Assembly (NCBI GenBank): GCA_964460435.1
Contig: CAYWRH010000005.1
Span: 1,791 to 65,790 of the forward strand
Source of the DNA: an uncultured Desulfatiglans sp.
GTDB lineage: Bacteria > Desulfobacterota > DSM-4660 > Desulfatiglandales > HGW-15
Reading direction: 5' to 3'
DNA: 64,000 nucleotides
The notes under the pieces: generated by a model
What the model was told of the DNA's origin: nothing
What the model saw: the letters and a program-made list of their open reading frames with translations, nothing else
Databases searched by the model: none
Part shown: piece by piece, positions 63,164 to 64,000 of the stretch
Layout: each line of letters begins with the position of its first letter
Position numbering within the stretch: position 1 is the stretch's first letter
Position numbers and translations under genes: made by a program

Positions 63164-64000
63164 GGCTGCTTCCTTTCAATCAGTTTTTTACATATGGAGT
63201 TGTATATCTGCGATGGTTTGTCATTTATCGCTGCAAGGACCTCAAGCTCTTTTATTGTGGGGATATTATCTGCTGAAGGTCTCTTTGCCTTAATAGTTGT
63301 ATTTGCCCATTCCGTGATACAGGTTTTGAGCAGATCTTCCGGCGCTATATAGCGCTTTAACAGGCTCACAAGCGCATCAAGTTGATCTTTTTCAGATTTA
63401 ACACTTCTACCACTCCTATCGCTATCCTCCTGGGGCGGCACAAAATGAACGCCATTTTTCCAGATATAAAGCGCTGCAATCAGAAAGAATGCAATAAAAA
63501 CACCCTGAAGCCTGTATTTATAAACCAGATCAATGATGCCAAAGTTTTGCTGCATGCCAAAATGTGATTCATCAAAATAGATCTGGTTTGCCTGCCCCAC
63601 AAGCCATGAAACAAGCCCAGGATATCTGTCATACATCATGGCCTCATTACTGAAGATGTATGAATCAGCGCACAGGATGATTGTTCCCCCGCCGTACTCT
63701 CTTGATATGATAACAGGTTTATTTTTCAGGGCATAGATGATAGTCCAATTTGAATCCAGATCTGTGAAATAATAGTGTGAAGGGAATTTTATAGAGGGCG
63801 GTAAAACTGGATAGCCATTAGTTAAGGCCAGGTCTGCTTTTGCATCTTTGCTGACCGCCATTGTGTGTATGTTAAATCCCCACCTCTTCAGGAATGAATA
63901 ATCGGGCTCATTTTCAGGGTTCTTATCCTTTTCACCTTTCTTTTTTTCGCCTGCGTCAGGCCCTCTCTTTTTGTTTTCCTTTTTGGATTCATTTCTAATG
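63160..64000 (-). CDS. DUF4350-like protein (5' end outside window)
   Basis: The reading frame is open upstream of the listed ATG 63861 all the way to the window edge. A motif GGGTIILCADSYIFSNEAM and a C-terminal TM helix are present. Its position upstream of moxR-DUF58 is as in DUF4350 operons, from memory. Confidence 0.45.
   Translation of the reverse strand, partial: IRNESKKENKKRGPDAGEKKKGEKDKNPENEPDYSFLKRWGFNIHTMAVSKDAKADLALTNGYPVLPPSIKFPSHYYFTDLDSNWTIIYALKNKPVIISREYGGGTIILCADSYIFSNEAMMYDRYPGLVSWLVGQANQIYFDESHFGMQQNFGIIDLVYKYRLQGVFIAFFLIAALYIWKNGVHFVPPQEDSDRSGRSVKSEKDQLDALVSLLKRYIAPEDLLKTCITEWANTTIKAKRPSADNIPTIKELEVLAAINDKPSQIYNSICKKLIERKQP

Noticed and set aside
1-64000. Mobile element, prophage, defence island, tRNA/rRNA or CRISPR content
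   Set aside because: I found no integrase, transposase, recombinase, phage structural, restriction or toxin-type motifs. There is no tRNA-like T-arm consensus in the intergenic regions, and no spacer-containing repeat array. The window reads as ordinary chromosome with accessory metabolic operons.

Overview
Gene-dense 64-kb chromosomal segment. By inference from gene content it comes from an anaerobic Desulfobacterota-type genome: multihaem cytochromes c, Tat-exported ferredoxins, a NapH-like protein, DUF169/DUF1638/DUF3795 proteins and a candidate selenoprotein. I can support about 50 protein-coding genes. I saw no rRNA, tRNA, CRISPR array, transposase or integrase. Map, left to right: (1) a Rieske/cytochrome b-type module with a heptahaem cytochrome c (2-2312); (2) housekeeping and accessory enzymes: two MBL-fold hydrolases, a thioesterase, PBP4, DUF1638, a GH3 glycosidase and DUF169; (3) a tamA-tamB pair, with tamB broken by a -1 frame change (10670-16548); (4) DUF2062 and cstA; (5) a UshA-like/tetrahaem cytochrome ORF interrupted only by an in-frame TGA (19331-20692); (6) a lipoprotein, an orphan CheZ-like phosphatase, an FAD oxidoreductase, a MIF-like tautomerase, an S1-domain protein and a cNMP-binding protein; (7) a translationally coupled five-gene minus-strand operon: ferredoxin, B12-like radical SAM, DUF116::polyprenyl synthase, prenyltransferase-beta-like protein and squalene-hopene-cyclase-like protein (27124-33897); (8) an ~18-kb block (34087-52331) with four paralogous PQQ/BamB-like beta-propellers, a Tat-exported NHL propeller, a GT4 glycosyltransferase, an ABC ATPase with a 1106-aa double-FtsX permease, NapG-like and NapH-like proteins, and a cytoplasmic NuoE/F fusion plus a 2Fe-2S/GltD-like flavoprotein; (9) Tat-DUF3795, mscL, two tandem paralogous secreted metallophosphoesterases and a zinc-ribbon::pilin-like protein; (10) a MoxR/DUF58/SpoIIM-like/RDD operon running off the right edge. 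The best candidates for an undescribed system are the propeller/NapGH-like/NuoEF-GltD operon and the anaerobic terpenoid operon. Also notable are the candidate selenoprotein, the tamB frame break sitting on a slippery heptamer, and two families of short intergenic repeats (locus-specific 7-8-bp tandem repeats directly after stop codons, and TTCACC-terminated inverted repeats). All functional calls come from motifs read by eye and family knowledge from memory. No searches were run.
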